Program-made: the position numbers and the translations under genes | From: Strigamia acuminata | Taxonomy: Eukaryota | Length of the DNA stretch: 64,000 nucleotides | Direction of reading: 5' to 3' | Assembly: GCA_949358305.1 (NCBI GenBank) | Contig: OX442314.1 | Location: forward strand, 14,694,001 to 14,758,000 | The notes under the pieces: generated by a model | What the model saw: only the letters and a program-made list of their open reading frames with translations | Databases searched by the model: none | What the model was told of the DNA's origin: nothing | In this document: positions 14,455 through 27,600 of the stretch, one piece after another | Numbering within the stretch: the stretch's first letter is position 1 | Layout: every line of letters starts with the position of its first letter

Positions 14455-14520
14455 GTTCAATGTGCACATTCTACTGTGGGAGTCATAGAGCTTGACTACA
14501 GTGGAAACTGTACATTGAGC
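14455..14520 (+). ncRNA. Pre-miRNA-like hairpin (candidate)
   Basis: About 26 paired positions in a 66-nt stem-loop with four G-U wobbles in the + orientation and a 7-nt loop; no known miRNA recognised. Confidence 0.35.
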
Positions 14521-15380
14521 CCAAACAATTTTTATTTTCTTCAAAACCCATTAATAAACAATTCAAGTTTTATTTATTAAATTTAACAAAAAAACATAAA
14601 TAAAAAAGAAACCAACAAACATGTAATTAGGTGTGGCAGTTTTTCTTAATTAATGAATTATTAGTTACCATAATGAAGCTGCACAGCTTTTAATACTAAT
14701 ACGTTTAAAAATAAAAAATAACAATTTTTCAAAAGAAAAAATTAATGAAACAAGCCATGAAAAATACATTTAGATTGCGATAAAAGGGAAATTGCACAAT
14801 CGCGAACCGAAAACAAGTCGGCCATTTTTTTTCTTCTCTGTCTTTCGAGTTTTTGAGTTGAACATCGGAATTCGCAGTTTGACCCCCTTGTGCATAAACA
14901 GAATAGGGTTTATTGGACACAGGGCTTGGGCAGGGGATCCTCGAGCACGCGCTTGAGCAGACGGACGCGGGGCTTTTGTCAACAGGAGCAGGTGATGTTC
15001 ACAGCCGAGGGGAAAATTAAGGAGGGGCAGAGTGGGGGCACGTTAACTTAGTTGGCAACACGAGTCGATGGTGGAAAACTTCCTCTAAGTGCATCGTTAT
15101 GCAATCGAAATGAATGCGAGAGGAATTATTGCTGCAGGCACGAGTTTGCCGAGGTTAGCCACAAGTGACGTCATTTACATTTTTAGTCATTCACGTTGAA
15201 GTGTTGTCGAAAACCACAATCTCCAATTTTCCATTCGTCCGTGATCCGTGACCTCAAGGTCGATGAGCTAAGGCAGGTGTTCACTATTTTACTCAATGAA
15301 TTTCGTTTTTTTTCGAGGGGTAAAAAGTTGAGGGGGGAAAATTAATTTTAATTTTTACTAGAACTTTTTTGGTTGGTTTT

Positions 15381-15628
15381 TTTGGTTAATTTTGGTGTTT
15401 CATCCCCCATTTCCGGTTAAAAAAAACGTCTTTTTTGTTGAAACGTGTAAGTAAGTTGAAATTTATGTCTAAATGGTAATTTGCATGTTTTTTTTGCATG
15501 TTTGTTGTTTTTTTGCTGCTATTTTTGATTAATTTTGGTGTTTGATCCGCCATTTCCGGTTAAAAAAACGTCTTTCTTCATAGAAACGTGTAAATGAATT
15601 GAAATTGAAGTCGAAATGGTAATTTGCA
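15381..15628. repeat. Diverged tandem duplication, 2 x about 105 bp (period about 143 bp)
   Basis: TTAATTTTGGTGTTT.ATCC.CCATTTCCGGTTAAAAAAA..CGTCTTT...GAAACGTGTAA...AAATGGTAATTTGCA occurs at about 15381 and about 15524. Confidence 0.8.
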
Positions 15629-16790
15629 GCGTGTTTTGTGTGTTTTTAACTTGCAATTCACGCTTTACAATTGCCTCGACTCAAAGGCCTTTGCTCCACG
15701 TTGCCTTCTCCCAGGAGTCAATAACCGCAGATTGTGGGCCAAACTCATATTCTCGTGACAAGTTTAATTTGAAGACACTTCGGACAGGTGATGCTGACCA
15801 CTTTCCAGTCTTCTAAGTGGGTAAGAGTTGAGAAAAAAGTTGGGTAAGAGACCGAGAGAGAGAGAGAGAGTGGGGAGGTGGCGGGAGGAAGGTGAAACGA
15901 GCCCTTCTTCCTGCATTGGAATCCCCCGGCTGTAGACTTTCTTCCCGCCCAGATATGGACGCAGGAGCAGCAGCTGCTGTCGGTGCTGCTGCTTGTGCAG
16001 TTCGTGACTCCCCCTTGTTCTCTTTGAGACTCCCCTCGGCTACGTGCGCAGCAATCGGCATGAGGTTGTTCGTTCTCTGGGGACTGAATGGAAAAGGTAT
16101 GGAAAAGTCTCGTTTTGTTTGCTTGCTTTTTTGGTGACGTGTCGATAGCGATTTCTGCTCAGTTGGTCGTTAGGCCTAAGTGGCGACATGTTTGTGGGTA
16201 CGTATGATGGGAATGGAACGGGGTGAGGGGGTTTTGAGTTTTTTTTTTTTTTTTTTTTTTTGAATGGGACGTGGATGTGAAAACGGGGTTTTGTTGAAGG
16301 GGACGGGATGAGTTGGTTTTGGTGCGTGTCAATAGTCGTCTGGCTGTTTGCCAGTGTTTTGATTGGTAATTGGCGCATATGAGACGCTCGATATTAGAGT
16401 TGATGGTTGGTCGTCAATTAGAAATGCATTTGTCTCGCGAGACTTTAATTCGATGTTGGATTAATTTCAATTGGCGTTTTCTTCATTAACAAGGAAAATA
16501 GGCCTAATGAATGATGTGTCAGCATTTTTCTCCTCAGGATGTGTATGGTTGGTTTGATTTTTGATTTTTTTGTTTTTTTTTTAAATGGGAAATCGGGGTT
16601 TGATTATTTATTTTTAAATTTTAAATTTTTTTTTTTTAAAAATAAATCATTCAAAAATATTATTTATGAAGGTTTTTGAATGATTTATTATAGGTAAACA
16701 CTTCTCAAGTGACTGCTCTGCTTTGTAGGTTTGTTTTGGTCTATAAAAACAAAAGCTTTTGAGTTGCTTTTGACCCCCCACCACCATCCA

Positions 16791-16792
<2 letters not shown>

Positions 16793-16839
<47 letters not shown>
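16793..16839. repeat. Long poly-T homopolymer (about 47 nt)
   Basis: Uninterrupted T run; similar shorter runs at about 16238, 30657 and 41432. Confidence 0.9.
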
Positions 16840-16840
<1 letters not shown>

Positions 16841-17518
16841 TTAAGAGTAAATATAAAAAGAAGTTTTGGAAATAGTGTTGTCACGTGTGAGGCGTTTGCA
16901 TGTGATAAGAGAGGAATGAATCATTCATTCGTGAAATTTTTATCCACTGATATTATTGAATTTTTTGCTTCAAAGTTTTCTTTGTCTATTTCAACTCATC
17001 GATATGCGTGTATGGATTTCAGTTGGATTCAAACGTCTTTAGTATTGTTTTAAGAAATTTTGAATATGTAATTTTTTTTTTTTTTTTTTTTTTTAATAAT
17101 AGATCGAAAAAAAATATTTTATTTTTAAATTTTTAAATTCTTAAATTTTTTTTTATTCATGGTTTTTTTTTGCTGCCTAGTTTTCGGCTTGGGTGAATAA
17201 AACACTCAACGTAAGTTTTAATTAATGATGTAATTGGAAATAATAGTCTATTGTGTTGGTTCTCCCATTAAATGGAAAATCGTGGATCGTTGTTTTTATC
17301 AGATGAAAGGAAAAAGATGAGCTGAATTTCATGTTTCCACGTATTGAAAATATTTACTTAAGGAACTCGTGTTTCTTATTGAAATAATTTGTTTAAAATT
17401 ATTTTTTTTTTTTTTTAAATTATTATTATTGATATTACGAAAGAAAACAAAAATTTACTATATTAATTTTTTCTTTTCTTATAATTTTAGGGACGGGGTT
17501 GCATGGTCAGCCCTAAAA

Positions 17519-20500
17519 ATGCCCTACACATCGACGATGGACAACACCAAATCGAATGATGGAGCTAAAGGTGGAAGTACCTCAAACACAATCGTTTCAA
17601 CGAATACAACAGTCGGTGCCCTAAATGCGAAAAGAGTTGACCCGAAACGAAGCCACGGAACGGGTTGTGTGAAAAATTCCGTTAGTTCGACGTCCAGCTC
17701 TGCCAATAACAACAACAACAGCAGCAGCAACAGCAGCTCGAGTAGTCAAAAGTCGTGTGCAACGAATCAGGCGAATGAGGTCGGCCTAGATACGAGCAAC
17801 AGCAAGAAAAAAACGTGCGTCGCCGAAAAAGGCAAGAAGAACAGTGGCAAGGAAGGGAAACAAAAGACGAAAGAGACGAAGAAAGCGAAGAACTGTGCGT
17901 CAACTTGTCAAGAAAAAAGCGGGGACTGTAAAAAGAAGGGAAGTAGCAGGGAAAGTTCCCCCGTGAAAAAAAAGGGATCGGAAGGAAGTGGAGGAGTTAA
18001 AATAAGCGGGGGGAAAGGAAACGGGGGTAAGAAAGATGGCAAGGCGAATAAAGGGAAGAGTAAGAAGGGGAAAGTGTCGAAGAGTAAACATAATAAACAA
18101 TTAGCTGCGAAGAAGGCTTTGGATGCACTTAAGAACATGTTTGGATTTTGGAAGGGTCCTCGACTGCGGCGAATGGCGAGTTTGAATGCACAGGCCAAAG
18201 TGCACATTCTGTACGAGAACGAGGCGAGGAGTTTTTGCTCGGATAGCGACACGAACGACAAGGATGCGGCCGCGAAGAAGGCGAGTGCGGGGAAGAAGAG
18301 CGCGGGTCAGAAACGGAGCGCGGAATCGGAGTCGAGCGAAAAGCCGACGCCCAAGAAAAGATGCAAAGTGGACCCGACAGTCGTGAGAGAAGTGATCACG
18401 TGCCGCCGTATGGCTAGTTTGAACGCGCAGGCAATTTTGGCAGCCAGTTATTCCCTCGACAGGCCGAGGAAACAAGTTAAAGTGGAGAAGGAAAGCGGTA
18501 AAAAGGCTGAGGAAAGTGGTTCGGACAAGTCGAAAAAAAGCGGTGGAATCGTTAAAAATGCAGAGGGGAATGGGAAAGTGGCGAAATGCAGTAACAAGAA
18601 AAAAGAATGCAGCGGCAACAGCGGCGGCGGCGGCGGCGGCAACAGCGGCAAAGCGAAACAAGTCGAGAAGGAAAAGGAGAAGGAGGTGGAGGTGGTGGTG
18701 ATGGGGGAGAATGAAAAGGAGAAGGAGAAGGAGAAAAGTGTGTTTAGCGAGACGAGAAACGAGAACTCGAAGAAGGGGAAGGAGAGGGTGGAGAAGAAGG
18801 AGGACACTTCTGAAGTGACCATCACCGGGGTTTATATCAATCCGAATGCTAGTATATGCATCTCGCGCATTCACACGTTTAAACAGTCGCAGACCTTTTC
18901 CCCTCCTCCGTCCCCGCCACTGAGTCAGGGCCAAGCGTCTGTCCATTTGACTTCAGCGCCTCATCTGATGGCCAGTGGTGTTCTGCACGCGGCAACTCAT
19001 CTGCCAACTGGAATTTATTCATTTTCCAATTCTGTGATGTCTTCATCCAGCTCGCAAAGTTACCCTCTTAACGGGTTGCCAAACACCATTAGCAACTTAC
19101 CTGTGGTCAATGTCGCCCTGCCACGTCACTATGGCAACGCCTTTGCTGTATCTCATTATGGTCCATCGAGTCCTATTACATATGCTTCTGGTAAATCTTG
19201 TTTTTATTTTTATTTTTTTTTTAATTATGAGATTTTGTGGTTTTTTTTATGCAAACTTGTTTATTAGGCTTAATAAGAGTTGGGCATTTTGGACGGCATT
19301 CGAAAAATTATAAATTTTTATCAAAAATTAAAAGTCTTTAGATTTGGTTTCTTAAAAATTCTACTCAAACCGATGAATAGTTGAATCGGGTGCGATTAAA
19401 ATTCGACTGGAAATTCCAGTGTGTTTGAATTCCTTGTACGCTGTTTTGGAGGACAAACTCAGCACTTAGCGACATAAAACTAACTATCTTGTGATCTGTC
19501 TGAGGGGGAAAATGTCTGGAGAAGACGTTTCGACAACTAAGTTAATTTGTTTTTAAGGCATTGTATTCAGTAAGATTTCACTGTCACATTATCTTAGTAC
19601 ATTTAAGTTGCTAAAATATATCAAGTGAGTAAGTGAACGGTTGGTGTATCGAATTTACTTCCTGAGTTGTTTTCGTATTTAGTGGAACAATCCTGGGAAC
19701 GTAAATATAAATCACTTTTGTTGTCTAACAGAATTTGTATACTTTTAGACTGGTTTAAATCGGATAAATTAAACTACGTAAATGACTTTTCAAATCCAAA
19801 TGCAGTTCGTGGCTGCATTTGAAGTCTTTTAGTCTGGTTGATCTTCTTTAAACCTGTATAAATCCATATTTTAGACAGACGTTTGAACAACAAACGTTGG
19901 TTAAAGGCTGTTTACCTGCATTCAATTTAGAAATGCTAGAAAGTCTGTTTGGAATTTCAGTTAAACATCTTTTGTTGTTTAAATATTGGTCTGAAGAAAG
20001 CTTTACTGAATAATGAGCTTTATGATGAGTGTTACACGATTTTTATATGTTGTAAATATATTTCAAAATATTTTGTAAATGAGCAAGATTTCCCACTATT
20101 TTTATAGTTTCTAAAACCGATTTATCAATATTGTAAAAGCATTAGGCGCGTTCAATCTTAAATGGATTTCTTTGATTTTGCTGAATTTCTTGATAGAGCA
20201 AGACAAAAATTGCGGAATGAACCAATTCTTACAAACTAGAAAGGTACATGCGCAAGTTAATTTTAAATTCTGAAATATTTTTTAATTTCCGACAAAATTT
20301 CAATGGAACAGTATAAAAAATAAAAAATTGAATGCATTTTTTATGATTTATTATTTAAATTTTTTCGTTTTTGAAATTGCAAAATGTCGGTTACTAAATT
20401 AAATCATTTAAAGAGAAACGGTTTAATCTAAACACCAATGAAAGAAGATGATATTCAAAAAATCACGAGGAAAAGTTTTGTTATGGTTTGTTGCATTATG

Positions 20501-23500
20501 GGACTGTGACTTCCCATAGTTCTAGTTTTGTGTATCCATCCGATTCACTTTAAAACATTGTGGACTCAGCTTAGTTGCAATTCAATGGGACTGTGAAATT
20601 CCATCTGCGATTTTGCGCATGCATCGTACCATAAACAAAAGTTTTCGCCCTGATATCGTGCAAATGATTACAGAAAATGAAACACACGAAATAACAATCA
20701 TTAAAGGTAAATGGTCCCATTGTGTAAATATTTAGATTAAATTACGGTACTGTTGATGACCTCTCATACTTTTTTGTAACTGAAAATAACATTATTTGTA
20801 TTTCCTTCTTTTCCCCATAACCATAATAAGACAGTCTGGTTGACATGTTTGTTTAAATGAGTTGTATAATGGCAACTGTCTGGCTGCTTACATGCTAGCC
20901 AACATTAATTTAAAAAGAAGTAAAAGCGTAAGCAGTGTATGAAATGGACACCATGAAAAGAATCTTATGACTCGTGAGTTGTGACATCATTCACTTAAGC
21001 CCTCGCACATGCGCATACTTTGGCAATGTCAGGGCACTCATTCTCATCTCAAAAGTATACGAATAAGGTAGTATTTTAGAAGACTAAAATTCTTCCAAAA
21101 ATGTATTATAAATTTCAGGTGCATTCATAGACGAGTGTGTGAACGATAACATATTTAAATGTTTCGTCGTTTAAATGTTGTGCGCATGCCCACTGCAACT
21201 GAGACAAAATCGGCCGCCATTTTTAGATCGAGCCAACCCTGGTCCCTGGGTAAAATATGTTGTTTAAAAATGCTGTTTAGTCTAAAATGACTGTATGAGT
21301 GCGCCTTCTGATTTTGTAGTGCTTGAAAGCAGAGCAAAACTTTCGTAAGGCTGATTCACATTAGCAAGAAAATTTAGTTCAGGAAGTAAGCTTTCCCGTA
21401 GGCTTGTTTCTTTTGTTGCTTCCTACACAGATCGAAGTGTACATTACTGTCTAATGCTTCCGAAATCATCTTTTCGAATAACACTTGCGCTGAGCTGATT
21501 GTCATTGACTCTTGCCAACATCTTGAGGCTGGTTCACACTAGCAATAACACAGCAAGCAGGCAGGCTCGTCATTCACACTACACAGGAATGTACAGTGGG
21601 ATTTAAGAATGTAAGAATATACTTTGTCATCTGCCTAAAAAAAGTCAATCTTGACGAATGTCGTATGCACATGTCATCATGACCTCATTTTCTATTCGTT
21701 GACAGCAAGTATTTTGTTTCTGGGTAAGCAAAAAGTTCAGAATCCTGAACTTTGCTTGAACCTGTCTTTCTTGCACTGCAAGCAAGCAAGACATGCAAAT
21801 AGCAGGAAAAGCTTTCTGTTTACTTTTGCTGAAAAGTTAAAATCATTGATAAATGTTTTAATAATGTTTTGGTGACCAGGACACTTTATTTCCGCTTGAA
21901 ATTGGTAGAGAAACCACCGTGGAATAAAATATTTTTATTGGTGGACTTTATCTTTAAGAATTCTGAGTGACATTGTCTTAACTAAATTGAATGCGTGCTT
22001 AGTGTTTGCTTTTTGTGTCAGCAAATATGCGTTTTAAAAACACATATAGGCCTAATAAAATGAAATTTCTTAGTTTGCAAATTGAATAAATCAACATGGT
22101 AGAGATACGTAAATTTTAAAGCAGCCAATTTAAGGTTGAAGTTGTAGCAGCTTTAAGTGCAATTGCAGCTGGCGTGCAAGAGTTATTAAATAAAAAATAC
22201 GACTTAATGAGGGTTTGTTTCGAGCAGTTAATTACTAAGCTGTAGTTTGATCTACTTTTTGAAAACAAATCCACATTGCACACAACACTCCTCGGATGTC
22301 TCGAAAATGTCCTTGCAATTCATCTGGGACAGTGCTGCAGGAAATGTGAATTTGTAATTTCGATCACACAGATTTAATTTAAATACTTTGTGACGAAAGA
22401 AATAGTGGGCTATCCTGAATTGATTTGGAATCCGCAACAGCATACTGTGGCATAGTCAATTCATCCTGACCGCCGGGCTGTTTGTGTTTTCAATCACATT
22501 TATTGACTGGGGTCCGCTGTTTACTGTTGATAAATAGCTACTATTTCTTTTGCGTCAAAGTGTTTTTTCCACTTTTAAATTTTGTATTTGTTTTTTTTTT
22601 TCCAACTAGAATAATCGAAACGTCATTTAGACGACTAAACACATATTTAAACAAGAAACTTTGTTTAAAATCAAATTTTCAAATGTAAATCTGGGATTTA
22701 TTTGATTTACGCTTTCAAATGGGTCTGATTGAAATGTGATAAAACCAGACTAGTGTATTAAAATAATGTAAAATGGTTTAATAGTGTTTTGTTTATTTTG
22801 TTTTCTAGGTTATTACCAACCTGCTGGTCCACTGATCCAAACACTAACGACTGATCCTTGCCTTATCCACAAACCTGTTCCATATCATCCTCACCTGCAG
22901 CCAGCTTCTCCAGCGCTGTACTCTCAAGATCAATGCCATCCTGCCCCTCAGCAAACAATCCAATACGACCCGCACCCGACGCCTCCGTATTCCACTCAGT
23001 CGTGCGCGCAATCCAAGTGTGCAGCAGTGCAGCCGGTGCCTCCTTCCGCTGGTCAGTTTTCGCAGGACAGATGTAATTCGCATCCTTCACCTCAGGAGGG
23101 GTTTTTCCCCGAACATTGTCCACCCGATGGCGGGGGACGTCAACCCTTCCAACACATGCAAGACACGTTTCAAGCGTCGGCAGTCAACTTCAAGAGTCAG
23201 TTTCCCGATTCAAAGGCGTGTTCTCCCGCACCCACATTGCACATTCAGCCAAAGGAGGAGCGCAGTGCGGGCGAGGAGTCGCCTTTGAAAGCTCCAATGT
23301 TGATTCCGATTCAATCTTTGTGTGCACTAAGTTCCAAACAGAGTCCTTCGAAGTGTTTTATGACGTCGGAAAATGTGGTGAAGTGCACGAGTGGTGATGA
23401 AAAGGACACGGTTGTGAAGAAGGAGGGGGGCAAGCGGGTGGTGAAGAAGGGTCGAACTGGTGGCAGTAATTTCGGTGCGAAAATGGATTGTCGGCGACTG

Positions 23501-24670
23501 CGACAAGAAGTGAATAGCTTGTGGCAACACAAACTCGATCGACTTCCACGTGGTCGCATCAAGTTACTGCGAAGTGATGTGAGTTTGTTGAAGCAACGCC
23601 GGCGACTCGACACTTCGACAACATCGCAAGCGTCTTCGGAGAGTGCGAGACGCGAATGCATTAACAAGGCAACGCGCGTGCTCTTAAGTAAGCCTCACGG
23701 GCCAGTGTTGCGAGTTCGTTCCAATAATATCAGCATCAACAAGAGAGATGTCAACAAGAACAGGGAACAACAACGAGTTTCGAGTAAACACGGCCGCAAC
23801 TCCGTGATGGTTAAGAACGATAAATACATGGGCGTACCGTCCTATTTGCGTCCTGTTGTCAAGTTGAAGATGTTGAAAAGAATGCCGCGTTACTCCAACG
23901 GCTGGACATGGGAAGGAGAGAGTGTCAGGCAGTTGGTTCAGTTTAATGTGAGTTGAAATCGAATTGAATTTTTTTTTAAAAAAAAATTGTTATTAATTTT
24001 ACTCTTTTTCTCAATAGAATGACGATCCGCCTTTAATGAGGACTTGTTATCCGGCTATGAGACACATTGAGGGTGATATTATACGTGTTCGGGATTCTGT
24101 CCTATTGAAATCAGGACCGAGAAAAAACGATTTGCCTTTCGTAGCCAAAATTGCTGCTTTGTGGGAAAATCCTGAGGATGGTATTCATATTTTTTGTGAA
24201 ATATTTTAAATTATGAATATTGATTTATATTTATTTTTTTTTAAGGTGAAATGATGTTAAGTTTGTTGTGGTACTATCGACCAGAGCACACGGAATTTGG
24301 TCGTAAGCCTTATCACATGGAGGATGAAATATTCGCTTCCAAACACAAGGATATCAACAGTGTAGCTTGTATCGAGGACAAGTGTTATGTATTGACGTTT
24401 AACGAGTACTGCAGGTTAATTTTTGAAGCAAATGAGTGGGGATTTTTGGTTATTAACGATTTTTTTATTTGTTTTGTTTTAAGATATCGTCGTCGAGTTC
24501 GTTTTCTCGAAGATAATCTTCGTCTTAACAGTTCAGTTGTTCCTGATCCGGAAGAAGGTTATTTACGCAAAGATCGGCAACCACTCGGCTACGTTTCGCC
24601 CGAAATGGTCTTTTTTTGTCGTAAAGTTTACGATTTTCGTCAGAAACGCATTCTTAAAAACCCGTCCTGA
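17519..24670 (+). CDS. BAHD1: Bromo-adjacent homology domain-containing protein 1 (BAHD1-like), about 1109 aa, 5 coding exons
   Basis: Exons 17491(ATG 17519)-19190, 22809-23947, 24018-24180, 24246-24414, 24484-24670; all GT-AG with consistent phase. The C-terminal BAH domain ([61 protein letters not shown]) ends [16 protein letters not shown], like vertebrate BAHD1. Two [10 protein letters not shown] motifs resemble the RLASLNA repeats of BAHD1. The true start could lie in an upstream exon. Confidence 0.9.
19780..19868. mobile_element. Fragment(s) of the same MITE family as 6209-6601, in a BAHD1 intron
   Basis: GGCTGCATTTGAAGTCTTTTAGTCTGGTTGATCTTCTTTAAAC aligns with the left TIR of 6209-6601; AAATGACTTTTCAAAT..AATGCAG just before it matches the right TIR. 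Confidence 0.5.
20464..20652. mobile_element. MITE-like element in a BAHD1 intron
   Basis: Imperfect TIRs CACGAGGAAAAGTTTTGTTATGGT and ACCATAAACAAAAGTTTTCGCCCTG; internal direct repeat ATGGGACTGTGA. Confidence 0.5.
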
Positions 24671-27600
24671 GAGATAAGCGGGAGACAAAATGCGTTGTGA
24701 GATTTTTTGGTTCAGTGTCCTGAAAACCAAATACTTAAACTAATATACGATGCTTTGCCTTAAAAAATTTTGCGAGTGATGGAAAGGCATTTGAAAAATG
24801 ACAATTTTAATTGTTCTGTACTTCTGGTCTTTCTCCAATTTGTGCGATTTGTAATGCAAATGAAATGCTGGTAATTAGGTTTTGTTCATTTTATGGGTTT
24901 TATTCTCTAATTTTATTTTTAGATGTTTAAATTTGTCGCAAGAGGACTTTACAAAATGCTTTCTTTTATTATTGCTAGTTAGGAAACAGACTATGGTATA
25001 TAAATTTATAAAGTGACGTAAAAAAAAAGAGATGCTTCTTCCAATTGTATTTAACTTTTAAGTTATAATTTAAAGTTTTATTATAAGAATTATTATAATA
25101 AGTTAAGTGATATTCCAATGATATCAAACGTTTTACTCATTTAACCTGCATCTCGCCTTAATCAAAGTCAATATAAATTGCAAAAGATTGAGGTTAAGAA
25201 TAAACACTGTGATGTGATTGAATTTGAATTTTGTAGAAATTTCAAATTCAATTTTTTTATTTTTTTTTATTTTTAAATTCTGCTTTTTTTATTTTCCTTC
25301 TCAACCATTTCGCCCTTTTCCAAATGTTACTTAGTGTATCCATAAATTTCTCTCTTTGAATTTGAAAGGGACAAGAAATAAATTTTAATAAAGTACTGTG
25401 TACAGACCTGTACTACGTATGTGCATTATTTCAACATTTTAAATGCTGTCTGTGTTTGAATTGAAAATTTTGGTTTTTTTTTTTAAAAATGGGATCATGT
25501 TTCATGGTTGAAATCAACAGTATTAGATTTAAAAAGTTAAATCACAGATGTTTTTTGCTTTTAAAATTGTGTTTGCTTTTCTTTTAGTTTTTCTAAATTG
25601 TGTGGCTTTTGTATAAATGAAACTGTACATTTTATGTCAAAGAAAATCCCCTTGTTATTAAAAAATAATATAATTCTAGGGAATTTTTATTTAGAAATAT
25701 GATACTTTAATATAAATCTGCATATTCCAATATGAGCTTTATGCATAAAAATTAATTAATTTGATTGCAAAAAATAAAATTATTTATTTTTCATTATATA
25801 CTTATGAATAGAGTGTTTAAAAAAATTACAATATGTTCAGTTTACTTTCTTATTATAATGTGCACCAATGCAGTTAACGGAGTAGCTGAAATATTATATA
25901 GAGAGGTTTTTTAAATTAAGTTCTTCCGGGGAATTAAAGAGAACAAAAAAAATGATAAGAGAACAAATATTTTTTATAGATAGATGAAAATATCTTTTAG
26001 TCAGTGTTTTATGCTGTAACAGGTGCATATCAAAAAATGTGGTGTGTGAGAAAATTAGATAATGTTACATTTTGATTGGATAATTTGTTGCACAATTATT
26101 ATTTTATTTGCACATTAAATGTATTTTATTTTGTCTCAGATTTTTCTTAAATTAAAAAAAAAAATTGTGGATTTTTATAAAATATTAGAGATTTCTAGAT
26201 TTCATGGATTTGGTGACAGATTTGTGGGAAAACTTTATAGTGATGTATCTAGTTCCAATTTAAATTTTAATATTTGCTTGGAGAGATGAATTAGTTCCAT
26301 CTTTAGTGTAGGCGTTTGGCCTTGTCTTTGTGCATAGTTCAAAATTAAGCCATGTCAATGTGCCTAAAAATAGACCGTTCCTTTTTGGGTCTTCACATAT
26401 TTATTGTAAAACGTTGCCACAAGTAAATTGTACCTTTCGGTTTTTTCCCCCCAGTATTTGTTGACATGTAAAAAAAATTGTCCAAAATGCTTGCTTGAAA
26501 AAGTTATTTATCAGAAAAAAAATGTTAAAAAAAAGGAAAATCAAGGTTACTTAATAGACTAAATTTGCTCTATCGAGTGGATTATTTTATGTATATTTTT
26601 AGTGAATGATTGTACTTGGAGTCGATGAATAGAATGTGTGTTTGTGTTGATGAAGAATGAATAATGTGTGACATTTATTTTATGGAAATTATATTCTACA
26701 GCGAGTGAACGTGAACCAACACTTTATTTAAACCACAAGATTCCTTTTTAAAACAAATAGAATACCATACAATTTTATATACAAATTTATAAAGTGAAAA
26801 TTTTCATAAAATTTAACATAAAACATCATTTATTTCAACATTAAATTTTATACAAAATAAGAATTACATAATAAAATAAGAAAAACAATTTTTTTATGGA
26901 GTGATTTTTAATGGTGTACAATTTTACTTTACGTAGTAATATTTATTATATTTCGAAACATTAAAAAAGATGGTGGCTTGTTCTTCACTTGGTTTCATCA
27001 CTTGACTGATTTGGAAACACCAAAACCGGAGCAGATTGATACGACTAGAACAGGTTTAATCCATACTAATTAATCAGTCATTAGATGAAGATACAGAATA
27101 TGCAATTTTAAATTTGGAAAACTTGAAAGATGATTTCGATTTGAGACATTTGGAGAGAAATGACAAAGTATTGGTAGTCATGATCCATGTAGGATGAAAA
27201 TCCTAGCGAAGGCTCTGATAAATGGCTCAACAACCCAACATCATACTGATTTCTGATTGATTTCTTGCTACATACATTCACTGGTCATGATAGATCTTTG
27301 TCGGAGAATATTAGTACATCTTTTTTGCAGAAGATATTTTTTATTTAGGTTTTACAATAAATACGCTCCATAATCGTAATTTATATTAACACACTATTTA
27401 CTATTGTTAAAAACTCCATTTGATTTTGCATTTCTAATAACTTGATGATCATGCTTTGATTAATTGAGCTATCAGTAAGTGTTTGACATTGTATAACAGA
27501 GACACATTCTAAATTCTGACTTTGTGCAATTAACATTTTTATTTGTAATTAAACATCGAAATGATGTAACAATATGGTGCCAGAGTGAATGAAAAGGTTG

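Noticed and set aside
17369..17490. Hydrophobic N-terminal extension of the 632-aa ORF (MFLIEIICLKLFFFF...)
   Set aside because: Starts at GTG and is the translation of T-rich intron sequence upstream of the acceptor at 17490; not a signal peptide.
18101..18946. 281-aa and other minus-strand ORFs opposite BAHD1 exon 1
   Set aside because: Antisense shadows of a Lys/Glu/Gly-rich coding exon, with no independent splice or motif support.
21349..21600. Repeated GGCTG(A/G)TTCACA starts resembling PIF/Harbinger termini
   Set aside because: No matching opposite terminus or TSD could be found by eye; too degenerate to call.
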